Source: a virus
Taxonomy: Duplodnaviria > Caudoviricetes
Reading direction: 5' to 3' (one strand)
Virus record (IMG/VR): IMGVR_UViG_3300049182_000044
Location: 217,567 to 281,566 of that record
Length of the DNA stretch: 64,000 nucleotides
The notes under the pieces were generated by a model. It did no database searches. It worked only from the letters and a program-made list of their open reading frames with translations, and was not told where the DNA came from. The translations under genes and the position numbers were made by a program. Numbering within the stretch: the stretch's first letter is position 1; every line of letters begins with the position of its first letter. Shown in pieces: positions 36,140 to 46,090 of the stretch.

Positions 36140-36619
36140 TCACACGATTGATGGGTTGTTGGTGAACACTCGAACCAGCTTCTTCATCGTTGCATCGAGT
36201 GAATTTTCGTTTCGCTCGCTTGGGAGTACCTCGTCAAGGGCTTCAGCGATCTCTCCCCAGGTGAGATGCACAAGCTCGGGAGCTCGAAACGATGTGCCGT
36301 TTCGTATGCGCTTTAATCGAATACCTAGGTCGCGGTAGTCAGGTTTCGCAGACACGATCTCCAGAAGCTGCTCGATTACGGCTTCGGGCTTTCGAGGTTG
36401 CGTTACACCGCGATGCTCTGCTGTCAACGTATCGAAAATTTCCCGTGCTCGATCCCGACTGCAAGTCAACTGCTGATTCAAGTAAGAGTGATACTCGGTG
36501 AACAGCTCGTCGCTTTCAATGTCTCGTTCTATCTCAGCACGGCGAAGTTCATGCACCAACATGAGGCTTCCAAGTGCTATCAGGTGGGTTGCGCGTTCAC
36601 GCTCACGAATTGGTGACAT
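36140..36619 (-). CDS. hypothetical protein
   Basis: 159 aa. Confidence 0.75.
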   Translation of the reverse strand: MSPIRERERATHLIALGSLMLVHELRRAEIERDIESDELFTEYHSYLNQQLTCSRDRAREIFDTLTAEHRGVTQPRKPEAVIEQLLEIVSAKPDYRDLGIRLKRIRNGTSFRAPELVHLTWGEIAEALDEVLPSERNENSLDATMKKLVRVFTNNPSIV

Positions 36620-37079
36620 TTGTCTTCTCCTTAGCTACTTCTTCACGAATTTGTTGAAGGGACTTGAAGCCATACTTTTGATGATGTTGCAGCATCCGTT
36701 CAGTGCGTTCCTCTCGCTTCAACTTACTGAACACGGCCTCGCCCGCATCGATCTCTTCCCAGGTAGCCTGATCGTACACAGGCTGCTTCTTCCAGTCAAG
36801 AGCACCGAACCATCCGATTCGTACTGCAGCCCGCATTGCAGGGTTGATGTTGTTTTCATCGCACCAGGACTCGAAGATCTGATCTGGGTTCGGTGCCCAC
36901 ATTACGCAATTCAGTGCAGGGAAATAATAGAGCTGCATGGTCTTGCGAGCGGCGTACTCGTTCTCAATGAACTCTTTACCGCGCAAACCCCTACGCACTC
37001 CATCTTCCCGAGACTTGTTTAGTACGTCAAAGAAGTGGCGTGTCTCTTCTTCAGTGGCTTTACGATGCGTGAGTGGCAT
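36603..37079 (-). CDS. hypothetical protein
   Basis: 158 aa. Confidence 0.75.
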   Translation of the reverse strand: MPLTHRKATEEETRHFFDVLNKSREDGVRRGLRGKEFIENEYAARKTMQLYYFPALNCVMWAPNPDQIFESWCDENNINPAMRAAVRIGWFGALDWKKQPVYDQATWEEIDAGEAVFSKLKREERTERMLQHHQKYGFKSLQQIREEVAKEKTNVTNS

Positions 37080-37521
37080 TACCTTCTCCCAAGTTGAGAC
37101 CTCCGTTATTCAAGATATCCGCAGTCATTCGCTTACGGTCATCGTCGTAGGCATCACGTACCTGCTGCCAAGGCATGATAGGGAAGTTAATGAACTTGTG
37201 ATATGCTTCACCATCGAGTGGTGTGCCGTTGGGCACGTAGGTATCACGATTGCGGTACCACGTACAGTCACTAAGGTTGACGATCATCTTGGCTTTGAAG
37301 AACAAAGCGACGGGAAGATCGTCACGTTTGGCGATCGTCTGAAATGCAGCACCGCTACTGAACTCGAATGCCCAGTTGACATCCGTCTGCATACGCTCTT
37401 CGTACTTGCGTTTGCGATACTCACGCAGCTCATGATCGAACAGCATTTTAGCTGACCAGCCGACGATCAGGCCGATCAAGACTAAGCCAGCTATTCCCCA
37501 CATAGACATTTGGATCATCAT
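37060..37521 (-). CDS. membrane-anchored hypothetical protein
   Basis: N-terminal TM WGIAGLVLIGLIVGWSA. Confidence 0.75.
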   Translation of the reverse strand: MMIQMSMWGIAGLVLIGLIVGWSAKMLFDHELREYRKRKYEERMQTDVNWAFEFSSGAAFQTIAKRDDLPVALFFKAKMIVNLSDCTWYRNRDTYVPNGTPLDGEAYHKFINFPIMPWQQVRDAYDDDRKRMTADILNNGGLNLGEGNATHAS

Positions 37522-37523
37522 TT

Positions 37524-37937
37524 TTATTCTCCAGGTAGTAGTAAAGCGATTTCACGATTGACTTTGCGGGCGTAGCGCACAGTAGACCAAGTGCCGCTAC
37601 GCAGCTGTTCTTCTCTCTCGTAAGGTGTCGCTACGAGGGTTGAGCAGACCTTAACTATGTCCTTGTTGCGATCAAGATACTCCTTCTCAGGTAGTATCGC
37701 GTCATAGTCACAGTGCGCTCGTTTGTTTGGGTTCTTCGGAGGATGAATCACGATGCGGCAATCAGGACACACCTTACGCACTATCTTATGCGCGTCTGCG
37801 TCTGCCCCAATACAGTCACCATGATGGAATTCATCCGGCTCGTACATCTTCACAAAGGCTCTGAAGGCGGTGCGCTGGTATAGCGTCATGCCCTGCTGAG
37901 TACCTGTGAAGCCGAGTATCTTGATTAGATTCAACAC
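37524..37937 (-). CDS. SLOG-superfamily (DprA/YpsA-like) nucleotide-binding protein
   Basis: GFTGTQQG, HHGDCIGAD, YLDRNKDIV, SGTWSTVRYARK. Confidence 0.8.
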   Translation of the reverse strand: MLNLIKILGFTGTQQGMTLYQRTAFRAFVKMYEPDEFHHGDCIGADADAHKIVRKVCPDCRIVIHPPKNPNKRAHCDYDAILPEKEYLDRNKDIVKVCSTLVATPYEREEQLRSGTWSTVRYARKVNREIALLLPGE

Positions 37938-37946
37938 GGCAACCCC

Positions 37947-38423
37947 TTAGGTATCTTCCTCGGCGCATTCGTACACAATGCTGCGAAGTGCCTCGAAGTG
38001 CTGATGTGATGCGTATTGCTCGAGGTACTCGTCAAGCAATTTACGTACTTCATCTGCATCGAGTATTTCCTTAGGAAGGGTTTCGCGGAAACGTCTGTAG
38101 ATTTCACCGGCCCGAACCTGAAGGCGTGTACTATACTCTTGCTCAGCATCTTTGCGCGCCTTAGCTTTCGCATTTAAGGAGCCAAGGAAGTCAATGATGA
38201 AGCGAGCGTCTTCGCCAGTCCATTTTACGCTATCGCCTGTATGTGAACGAATGCCCTGCACATTAGCGTAAATGAATTTCAGCTCTTTACCGCTAGCTAT
38301 GATCTCGTAGTTCAGCTGAGACTGGCTCTGTTCTACAGGAAACGGGTTCCCAACTTCCCAGGTAAATAAAGCAGCGGCTTCAGGATCGAGAGCGCGTTTG
38401 TGGATTGAAGTAAATGTCAACAT
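37947..38423 (-). CDS. hypothetical protein
   Basis: 158 aa. Confidence 0.75.
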   Translation of the reverse strand: MLTFTSIHKRALDPEAAALFTWEVGNPFPVEQSQSQLNYEIIASGKELKFIYANVQGIRSHTGDSVKWTGEDARFIIDFLGSLNAKAKARKDAEQEYSTRLQVRAGEIYRRFRETLPKEILDADEVRKLLDEYLEQYASHQHFEALRSIVYECAEEDT

Positions 38424-38435
38424 GATTGGCCCTTG

Positions 38436-39023
38436 TTAGTCAATTTCTTTCCGCGATTTCTTCCAGCCCATGCAGTCGAAAAGCTGAAGTCCGATAGGCT
38501 CTCGTGCGCTGAATGCTTTGCCTGCACGATTCTCAACTCGAATCGTCAGCTTTACCGCAAGCCGCTTTTTCAACGTCTTGGGTTGCACGTCCTTCGTAGC
38601 CATCCAACTACTTTGAGCGAGAGGCGTATAGAAGCCTCGTGCGAATAGCAAATGCATCGAGGTGATCTGGTTGTGATACTCCTTGCCCTTAGGTCCGCTG
38701 ACGCTTGTAGCGATAAACCTGCGCGTCACATCGTCTTTGCGCGAACGAACAATCTTGCCGTGTATCAACAAGGACTTGGGCACTTCGCCACCCCAGTCTT
38801 TGTATTCAGCATTATTCAAATGCCTTGGCACACCACTCTTGCGCAAGATCGTAATGATCTCTGGATCGAGATCCTTGACCTGCAGCTTGAGGTTGCGATA
38901 TTCGAGGATGAGCGTCTTTCCCTTGAAGATGGGTTGAATGAACACCTCCTTCGACTTGCGCTTCAACGCCTTCTTCTTTACTTCATGTGCCTCTTCAAGC
39001 CAATTAGTCGTAGTCGATGCCAT
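38436..39023 (-). CDS. hypothetical protein
   Basis: 195 aa. Confidence 0.8.
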   Translation of the reverse strand: MASTTTNWLEEAHEVKKKALKRKSKEVFIQPIFKGKTLILEYRNLKLQVKDLDPEIITILRKSGVPRHLNNAEYKDWGGEVPKSLLIHGKIVRSRKDDVTRRFIATSVSGPKGKEYHNQITSMHLLFARGFYTPLAQSSWMATKDVQPKTLKKRLAVKLTIRVENRAGKAFSAREPIGLQLFDCMGWKKSRKEID

Positions 39024-39099
39024 TTGGATCCGCCTTAAAAGGTTCTAAGAGTGTCTGCGTTAAGCCAATCTGCGGAACGCTCAAATGTTGGAAGCAGTC

Positions 39100-39585
39100 T
39101 CATGTTTCATCCTTTCGGACAGGAAGGTCGACGATCTGAACTGCACTGCCGTCAACAAAGTCGCCCATCAATAGGGCTTTGCCGGCGCCTTTCGGCAAAT
39201 GCGCCTCGTCAATGATGTTGATGCCGATGTCACCGAAATGAAAGTCGCCCTTAATATCCAGGCGACGGGGCTTCAGCGTATGCATGATGATCGGCGCAGC
39301 TGGCAGAGGCTCTTGAGAGGCACTGATAGCGATAATCATGTCAGCCGCACCTATGTCAGAAGGCCTCATATGTATGGCCTCCGGTTTCGGCATGAGAATC
39401 ATAGGAGGCGGAGGGTTCTCCTGAAAATGCCTTACTAATCGGCTAAGGCTTTGACTAGCTGGTACGAATGTTTCGAGGCGCGCGCCCATCTTCTTGATCG
39501 AATCAAGAACTTTCAGTTGATGCGGGTATAGCTTGAAGCCTTTCGCTCTTGCACGAAGAGCTTTGCGGCGTTGATGAGCGTTCAT
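39100..39585 (-). CDS. hypothetical protein with helicase-like LYPHQ and IIDEAH motifs
   Basis: 161 aa; no Walker A between the motifs. Confidence 0.65.
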   Translation of the reverse strand: MNAHQRRKALRARAKGFKLYPHQLKVLDSIKKMGARLETFVPASQSLSRLVRHFQENPPPPMILMPKPEAIHMRPSDIGAADMIIAISASQEPLPAAPIIMHTLKPRRLDIKGDFHFGDIGINIIDEAHLPKGAGKALLMGDFVDGSAVQIVDLPVRKDET

Positions 39586-39586
39586 G

Positions 39587-39973
39587 TTAACTCCTTATAA
39601 GAAGGCATAGCACGCCGACGCTCAGAATCAAAAAACCAAACTCGGCGCATAGAGTGATTCGAGCGAGTACTGCCGACTGCTTTGACCGGCGCACCCTCAT
39701 ACCTTTGCTCCAGATACAGTACATGCAAACTACGCAAGCCATCCAGGCGAAGAAGAACCAGTGCATGTGCTGAGCTACCCACGTTGGTGGGTTCACGAAG
39801 CTTGAAGCTAAGAACACCATCGTAGCATGAGTAACGAAAATGCCGATGAACAGGACGATGCGATTATGCCGCGTGATACGTCCGCTGTTCACCAGTTTGC
39901 CGATCAACAGGCCTGCACTGGTGCTTATCGCAATCCAAATCAACGACACGAAGAAGTTTGAGAACTGTTCCAT
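39587..39973 (-). CDS. integral membrane protein (about 4 TM)
   Basis: Four hydrophobic segments. Confidence 0.8.
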   Translation of the reverse strand: MEQFSNFFVSLIWIAISTSAGLLIGKLVNSGRITRHNRIVLFIGIFVTHATMVFLASSFVNPPTWVAQHMHWFFFAWMACVVCMYCIWSKGMRVRRSKQSAVLARITLCAEFGFLILSVGVLCLLIRS

Positions 39974-39983
39974 TCATTACTCC

Positions 39984-40433
39984 TTATCGTTCGCGCCACG
40001 AGGACGGGATGCCGATGCCTTGACCGAGGTCAACGGTTTGGCGATCTTCACCCATGCTGTACAGCGGCCCGTCATCCTGAATCTCAGGAAAGCCTGCGAG
40101 CCGTACCTTGACACCTGCACCTACGCCGTTACTCGACAATGCGCCGGGGATGATTTCAATGGATTCCTCTTTCAAGAAACCTTCACGAACCATCCAGGCG
40201 CCGTCCACGTGCTGGCACTTGTCGTGCAACTCCTGCAAGCACTTCTCTTGCTTTGCAGGGTTCTCAGCGTACTTGACGAACTCCTTCTTTGCCAGATCGT
40301 AGATCATGTTGAAACGATGCAGCATCAGCGGCGTCAGCTCGCCAGTGTAGCTGATGAACGAGAAGCCAACAGGGGCATGTACCCTGCGTGGGTTGAGGCG
40401 CACACGAATCAAGTAGGAACTTTCTTTGCCCAT
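39984..40433 (-). CDS. hypothetical protein
   Basis: 149 aa, GGAGG RBS. Confidence 0.75.
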   Translation of the reverse strand: MGKESSYLIRVRLNPRRVHAPVGFSFISYTGELTPLMLHRFNMIYDLAKKEFVKYAENPAKQEKCLQELHDKCQHVDGAWMVREGFLKEESIEIIPGALSSNGVGAGVKVRLAGFPEIQDDGPLYSMGEDRQTVDLGQGIGIPSSWRER

Positions 40434-40441
40434 ACTGCCTC

Positions 40442-40813
40442 CTATTCGAGGATGAGGATGTTGAATGCCTCAACTGCCGCGTGATTGCGCAGCAGTTCAA
40501 GGAAGCTGACTCGAACTCCCGTGCGCGGTACGTGCGGGAGGACCTCGGGTGCTACGTGTCGAATGTAAATCAATACCTCCGGGTATGTCTCGACCAGCAC
40601 AAGCGTTACATCGTTCATCTTGTGCTTGCCAGCTAGGTAGTCCTCGACTGTGCAGACGTCAACCTTGTCCTGCAGTTCCCAGCCGATAATGTCCCGCCGC
40701 CATTGTGTTTCGATGACCTTCGCGCACACCACACGCGACTTCGGGTGTACACGAAGTTCATTCGCCAGTGCTTGGCGTGCACCGGTCATTACGCTTGTTT
40801 TCATTACGAGCAT
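40442..40813 (-). CDS. hypothetical protein
   Basis: ATG at 40813 just after the upstream stop. Confidence 0.7.
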   Translation of the reverse strand: MLVMKTSVMTGARQALANELRVHPKSRVVCAKVIETQWRRDIIGWELQDKVDVCTVEDYLAGKHKMNDVTLVLVETYPEVLIYIRHVAPEVLPHVPRTGVRVSFLELLRNHAAVEAFNILILE

Positions 40814-40815
40814 GA

Positions 40816-41880
40816 TTACCACTCCCCGCGTTCTTCGTCTTGCATTGCGCTCTTCGCGGTCAGCATGCGAACCATTGTGAACATTTGCTTCGGTTCTGTG
40901 AATGTGCACTGCATCGACGCCGGCTTGTTTTCAGTAGCAGCAATGACCTTGACGCCCTTGGGATGCTTGTACTTCAGCTCGGTCATGAACGAGTACATAT
41001 CCGGGCCGCTGCACAATGCTGCAGCGACGTCTTCGTTCAGCGTGTGTTCTTTGCGTGTGGTGCGAACGAAGTAGAGATTGCCTCGTGAACTGCCACTACC
41101 GTCAGAGTGGGGATACTTCTTCAGCCACTCAGAGAACTCACCGCGATACTTGATTAAAATGGTGGGACGATCCTTCTGAATCCACTCTTCGTCGGGAATA
41201 TCATCCGGGTCACGGCGAGGCTGGCTCAAACGAACCGGACGCTCTTCCTCGTCATCGCTGCGGTCTACGTCACCATCACCCTCGTCTTCATCGTCATACC
41301 GGGAAGAACGAGACGATACGGACTTCTCAACCTTGTTGTACGGGTCTTTACCGTCCTTCGGCTTGAAGTCATCTTCGGGGAAGCCGCAAGGGTCACCATA
41401 CGGGTATGCATTGCGGATAATGTCGATCACATGGGCGATGAAGCTGTGTGGGTTGCGCCAAACATCGTGGTCGATAACCGAATCGAACAGCGTATGCGAG
41501 AAGCGATGCGAACGCGCCCTCACCAGGTACGCTTCGATCTCCTCGAACGTGTTAGCGTCATACGCATCCTTGAGAAGACGATTCAGGTATTTGTTCTTCG
41601 TGCGGTCGGTCTTACTACGGCGACCCAGCTCGTTGTACAGGATGTGCTTCCAAACAGCGGGCAAATGACGAGCGTAGAATTGCTTGAACTCCTCAGGGTC
41701 AATGACCGCGCCATGATTGAGTGTCCAGAGTGCGTCATCCTTACCGCCGACGAGTGCGACAACATGCAACGGGATGCGTTGCTCTTTCACTTCAGTGTTG
41801 ATGCCGAAGAATGAAGCCATACGTGTGAAACCCGGAACACATGCTTCGCTAGCTTTGAGGATGTTCAGTGTGGTGTACAT
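40816..41880 (-). CDS. hypothetical protein with N-terminal domain shared with 41983..42768
   Basis: MYTTLNILKASEAC...IPLHVVALVGGKDDALWTL. Confidence 0.85.
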   Translation of the reverse strand: MYTTLNILKASEACVPGFTRMASFFGINTEVKEQRIPLHVVALVGGKDDALWTLNHGAVIDPEEFKQFYARHLPAVWKHILYNELGRRSKTDRTKNKYLNRLLKDAYDANTFEEIEAYLVRARSHRFSHTLFDSVIDHDVWRNPHSFIAHVIDIIRNAYPYGDPCGFPEDDFKPKDGKDPYNKVEKSVSSRSSRYDDEDEGDGDVDRSDDEEERPVRLSQPRRDPDDIPDEEWIQKDRPTILIKYRGEFSEWLKKYPHSDGSGSSRGNLYFVRTTRKEHTLNEDVAAALCSGPDMYSFMTELKYKHPKGVKVIAATENKPASMQCTFTEPKQMFTMVRMLTAKSAMQDEERGEW

Positions 41881-41929
41881 GATTTATTATGCCTTCCCAA
41901 ATATAGGTTGTGAATTTCGTACAAGGTTG

Positions 41930-41968
41930 AAGTGGGTGTGCGCCCCTTTTTATCTAGCACACCCACTT
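41930..41968. terminator. intergenic hairpin (12-bp stem)
   Basis: AAGTGGGTGTGC/GCACACCCACTT. Confidence 0.6.
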
Positions 41969-41982
41969 AGTGCATCTACTGC

Positions 41983-42768
41983 TTACAGCTTGGCGATGTG
42001 GTCACGCAGATATGCACGAACGTCTTTCGGGTCTGCCAGGTCCCCCACGTATTCGGTGAACAAGCGGCTGCCGGTCGGCGACGAGGCGTACTTCACAGCT
42101 TCATCAAACGATTTCTGCTTGTTGCGAATGATGCGGCCGATTGCGACGTAGAAGGCCCCGAGGACTTCAAAGTTCGGTGTAGTAGGTGCTGCAACGCCAG
42201 CCAGATTGACCAGGTCGAGCGGAGGGTTGTTCTTCGCACCACCTTGAATCGCATCCGAACGAGCAGGAGCTTCTTCAGCAGCGCCGCCTGCGAGATCAGT
42301 CGTCGAGGTGTTCGCCAGGTCAACTGTCGGGTTTGCAGCGGTCGGAGGAGCGATTGCAACTGCGCCTTCACCGTTTTCCAGCTGCGTAGTCGGCAATGCG
42401 TCTGCCTGGACGGCTACTTGTGGGAACACAGCCAGGTATGCAGCGTTGTACTTCGGCGTGATTTCAGCCAGTGCCTTGGCCTTGCCGTTACGCAGGGCGC
42501 GCACGATGAACTCCTCGTGCTCTTCAGCGTTCTTGTGACCGAACTGCGCCAGGACTGCCTTTTCCATTGCCGGCCACTTCGCATGAGTGGAAGTGACGTT
42601 GAACACCCATTCAACGTCATCGACAACGTTGCTGTTTGCGATGGCGAAGATCGGGAACTTGTCTTCCGGTTTCCATTCCGGGTTCTGACGCTTCAGCCAG
42701 TTATCGACAGTGTTGACACGGGAAGTCATGGCGTGGCTGGCGCGGAGTGCTTTGATAGTGGTAAACAT
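41983..42768 (-). CDS. hypothetical protein, Ala-rich linker
   Basis: 261 aa; highly biased codon usage suggests high expression. Confidence 0.85.
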   Translation of the reverse strand: MFTTIKALRASHAMTSRVNTVDNWLKRQNPEWKPEDKFPIFAIANSNVVDDVEWVFNVTSTHAKWPAMEKAVLAQFGHKNAEEHEEFIVRALRNGKAKALAEITPKYNAAYLAVFPQVAVQADALPTTQLENGEGAVAIAPPTAANPTVDLANTSTTDLAGGAAEEAPARSDAIQGGAKNNPPLDLVNLAGVAAPTTPNFEVLGAFYVAIGRIIRNKQKSFDEAVKYASSPTGSRLFTEYVGDLADPKDVRAYLRDHIAKL

Positions 42769-42827
42769 CTTGGTATTTCCTCTCTTAGTTATTTATGAAA
42801 TGGTACTACAAGTTGTGACAGCAAAAA

Positions 42828-43007
42828 CTACTTCGATTCTTTTTGGCAGCGATTGACCTCCTCTAACGCATCACGGCATTGCTTCTCAACACCGATGAAG
42901 TATCCGAGCATAGAGTCTTTAGCCGTGCCATTAGGCATGTGGCGCTCGACCATGCGAATGCTTTCAATCGTGTTAGTGAGTGCCTGCTTAATGATGTTGA
43001 TGTTCAT
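42828..43007 (-). CDS. small hypothetical protein (59 aa)
   Basis: MNINIIKQALTNTIESIRMVERH...; GAGGGG RBS; below track cutoff. Confidence 0.65.
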   Translation of the reverse strand: MNINIIKQALTNTIESIRMVERHMPNGTAKDSMLGYFIGVEKQCRDALEEVNRCQKESK

Positions 43008-43845
43008 CTGAACCCCTCATTTCTGGCTTCGGTAACATGCCTGAGGTAATCAAAAAGTCGATGGTACGTTTCGTCTCACCCGTCGTACCGTTGATGCTGG
43101 TGTAGCGTGTCGGTATAGTTTTGCGCAAGTGTGTATCAATCTTATGCGCGAAACGCGCTAGGCCGATTACGCGATCACATGTCTGCACCTTCTTCACAAC
43201 CTCGGCCTCAGTCGTCGATTCAATGAACACGAACTGCAAATGCGGGAAGCATCTTTCGATCGCTTGAGCTTGAACAGACATCATACCGATGATGCCTACC
43301 CTTGCCTTGCGCGTTTGCAAATCACGACGCTCTGTGCCCGCATAAGGTTCTTGTCGCAATGAACGCTCGATCATTACTGCGTCGCCCTGGTACATAGCGT
43401 TGCGCTGGATACCTTTGAGCAGCTCTTCCATGCGATCAAGCTGTGGCTGTTGTTGGCGTACGACCTCAGCAGCGATCAACGCGATCAACGGCTTAAATGC
43501 CTGTTCGTAGGCATTAACTTCAGCTGCTGCCGGCTCCTGAACTGGAGCGACCTCCTCTTTCTGGGATTGCGCTGCCTCTTGCACTTGCGCATGATAGTAC
43601 GCTGCGGCCTCTTCCAATTGACGCTTGAAGATGCTGATCTGAAACGTCTTGCGATGCTTCCAGTTGTCGATTACAGCGTTCTGTGCGGCCTCGATATGCT
43701 TAGCACGAATGCCGTTAATTGATCCTGTGCTTGCGATCATCAGGCCAGGATTGTTTTCATCAATGTGCTTTACAACCTTGACCCAATCGCCCAACACCCA
43801 GTTGCTACGGCGCTTGACGGTTTCAGTGGTAGGAACGTTCTTCAT
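42988..43845 (-). CDS. hypothetical protein
   Basis: 285 aa after conserved leader. Confidence 0.8.
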   Translation of the reverse strand: MKNVPTTETVKRRSNWVLGDWVKVVKHIDENNPGLMIASTGSINGIRAKHIEAAQNAVIDNWKHRKTFQISIFKRQLEEAAAYYHAQVQEAAQSQKEEVAPVQEPAAAEVNAYEQAFKPLIALIAAEVVRQQQPQLDRMEELLKGIQRNAMYQGDAVMIERSLRQEPYAGTERRDLQTRKARVGIIGMMSVQAQAIERCFPHLQFVFIESTTEAEVVKKVQTCDRVIGLARFAHKIDTHLRKTIPTRYTSINGTTGETKRTIDFLITSGMLPKPEMRGSDEHQHH

Positions 43846-43890
43846 GAGGATCTTTCTAAATGGTTGGTAAAGGTTTTACAAGTGCGTCGA

Positions 43891-44391
43891 TTAAGGTTGA
43901 CGCAAACCCAGGCGAACAACAGCTTCAAACGAGGAGCAGAAGCGCAAACGATACACATAGCTTTCGTAGAGCTTATGCACCTTAGCTACGTCTGTTTCAT
44001 GTGAACAGAACGTAGCTTTGAACCAATCGAAGGTCGATTCAAGGCGGCCTGCAAGAAACTTCTGAACGTCGAACGGGCGATCTGCAAAACGATCTGCCCA
44101 CAAGTCGTGCGTGTGTTTCTTGAGCTGACCGATTGGTCTTCCATCTTCAACATCGACAGCGCGTACCAGCCAGTTGTTGATACCGTCGATAAGCTGTGCT
44201 TCAACTACCAAGTACCAGGTGCAGCTTGCTGCATCATAGTAGTAACGGTTGACGTAGCGGCTATCTGCTACTGCGATTTGATTACCGGAAGGAAATCCAG
44301 CCGGGAGCCCTTCAGCAACAGGTGCTGTTGAAGAAGCGATTACGGGGTTGTGTGTGGTCTTCATCATAAATGTCCGCATGATGTTAGTCAA
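43891..44391 (-). CDS. hypothetical protein (start uncertain)
   Basis: About 160 aa ORF. Confidence 0.7.
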   Translation of the reverse strand: MTNIMRTFMMKTTHNPVIASSTAPVAEGLPAGFPSGNQIAVADSRYVNRYYYDAASCTWYLVVEAQLIDGINNWLVRAVDVEDGRPIGQLKKHTHDLWADRFADRPFDVQKFLAGRLESTFDWFKATFCSHETDVAKVHKLYESYVYRLRFCSSFEAVVRLGLRQP

Positions 44392-44392
44392 G

Positions 44393-44713
44393 TTAGTTTG
44401 AATCGACGAGGCAATCGGGTCGCGCTACCATGTTCATTATCAGCAAAGTTTCCTCTACTGAAGCGCACACAAGATAGGGCCAATTGTCTTTTGCCAAATG
44501 GCGATACGATCTGTGTAACGGGCAATGTTGTGATGTACACGTTACGTCTTTGAACTTCATGTTCACTAGTGTTTGAGCAATTTCGCCTAAACCTATGAGA
44601 GCTGCATCTCGAGTTTCAAACTCTTTGATGACGTTTGCACCGACGACCTTTCCGCCAATGATATTGGCGATTATCGCTACGTGCATAGTCATAGGATTGT
44701 ATCCGGCAACCAT
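44393..44713 (-). CDS. hypothetical protein
   Basis: ATG at 44713 after TAAGGAG. Confidence 0.7.
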   Translation of the reverse strand: MVAGYNPMTMHVAIIANIIGGKVVGANVIKEFETRDAALIGLGEIAQTLVNMKFKDVTCTSQHCPLHRSYRHLAKDNWPYLVCASVEETLLIMNMVARPDCLVDSN

Positions 44714-44723
44714 GAAAGTCTCC

Positions 44724-45218
44724 TTAGAGCCAGTCAGGTGGAAGTCGATACGCACCATACTGAGTACGACACCTGTCGAGATCGAAGTCGGTGATACTGT
44801 GAAGTATGTCACCGCATTGAACGACGAATCGAGTGTGATTGTACTTACGAACCCTCAGTAAGTGGTTGTGAAACACGCTGCTCAGCAAAGTGGCGAATGT
44901 CAGCGCGTCGTGCTTGTTCTTGCAGTACAAGTTGTACAGGACTGTACTGTCCGCATCCGGTACGCTGATTTCAACACACCAGTAATCGGTGTTGTCGAAG
45001 TCGAACGCAGGTATTGGTTTGCAAACCCGTTCGATGCCTGCGTCCTTCAAGCTTGTTACAAGGTAGTCTGCTTTAACTGGAACGGTGCGAACGTAAATAC
45101 GAGCGAGGTCGTTGACGATAGCGTACCAGTGAACGTACCGGCCTTGACCATCGCGTGGTGAATCTTCACCTGAAGGCGATGCAAAGCGAGTAGTAAGTGC
45201 CATGAATAAGTTTTTCAT
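44724..45218 (-). CDS. hypothetical protein
   Basis: 164 aa after GACCTCCACAACC leader. Confidence 0.75.
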   Translation of the reverse strand: MKNLFMALTTRFASPSGEDSPRDGQGRYVHWYAIVNDLARIYVRTVPVKADYLVTSLKDAGIERVCKPIPAFDFDNTDYWCVEISVPDADSTVLYNLYCKNKHDALTFATLLSSVFHNHLLRVRKYNHTRFVVQCGDILHSITDFDLDRCRTQYGAYRLPPDWL

Positions 45219-45263
45219 GATCGGTGCTTTCTTGTGTTAGGTTGTGGAGGTCCTACTAAACTA

Positions 45264-45611
45264 CTAGCACTGCTGATACGCTTGTTGCATCACCAGTGCG
45301 CAAAGGTCGCGCAATTTTATGGAAGGAGAGCGAAGTTCGATGTTGAACTCCACGTTATGAAGAAACTGCATCTGCACCATTTCGGCGAAAGCGTAAAAGC
45401 CGAAACCATCCTCGAAGTGCTTATCCCATTCATGAATGATGATAGCAGCTTCATTTTCGAGAATGCTGAGTTCAGTAGTACTATGCGTTCGGATGATTGA
45501 ATCGAGAATGCCTGTGCATTCAAGCGCTAATTGCGGATCAGCTTCGACTGCATTAGCGAGCAAGTAGCGAAACAGGCGCGAAAGGTTCGCGAATTTGAAG
45601 AAGTGGCTCAT
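45264..45611 (-). CDS. hypothetical protein
   Basis: 115 aa after AAGACCTCTACAACC leader. Confidence 0.75.
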   Translation of the reverse strand: MSHFFKFANLSRLFRYLLANAVEADPQLALECTGILDSIIRTHSTTELSILENEAAIIIHEWDKHFEDGFGFYAFAEMVQMQFLHNVEFNIELRSPSIKLRDLCALVMQQAYQQC

Positions 45612-45663
45612 GGCTTGTCCTATCTTGTACTGGGTTGTAGAGGTCTTACGATGGAACTGCGTA

Positions 45664-46062
45664 CTACGGTTTCAAGACCATGCTAAACATTAGATGGCCG
45701 TCGATCCAAGTTGTTAGGAACTCGCCTTCGATGCTGGTTGTAACAGGTATCTCAAGATTCTTACTGAGCTTTAGAGCAAGCTCTGCTGCCTTGACCCTAT
45801 CAGACATGAACGCGACAACCTCGAGACTGAAGTCGTACTCAATACCTTCCTTACTGGAAACGTCTAGCTTAACAGTCACCTGATCGTCGAGGTCCGGTAG
45901 TTCGTCGGCACTAGAAATGTCCTTGACCTGAACACCTGACATGCCCAACAGGCCGACTAAACGCGATACATCCGACTTCACAGTCTGCGTGAACAGCGTT
46001 CCAAGGTCTGTCCAGATGTTGAAGTTTTGAACTTGCGCCGGGTTTGTTGCATTCGTTTCCAT
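45664..46062 (-). CDS. hypothetical protein
   Basis: 132 aa, AAAGGA RBS. Confidence 0.8.
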   Translation of the reverse strand: METNATNPAQVQNFNIWTDLGTLFTQTVKSDVSRLVGLLGMSGVQVKDISSADELPDLDDQVTVKLDVSSKEGIEYDFSLEVVAFMSDRVKAAELALKLSKNLEIPVTTSIEGEFLTTWIDGHLMFSMVLKP

Positions 46063-46090
46063 GATACTTCCTTTACAGTTGGTGAATTCC

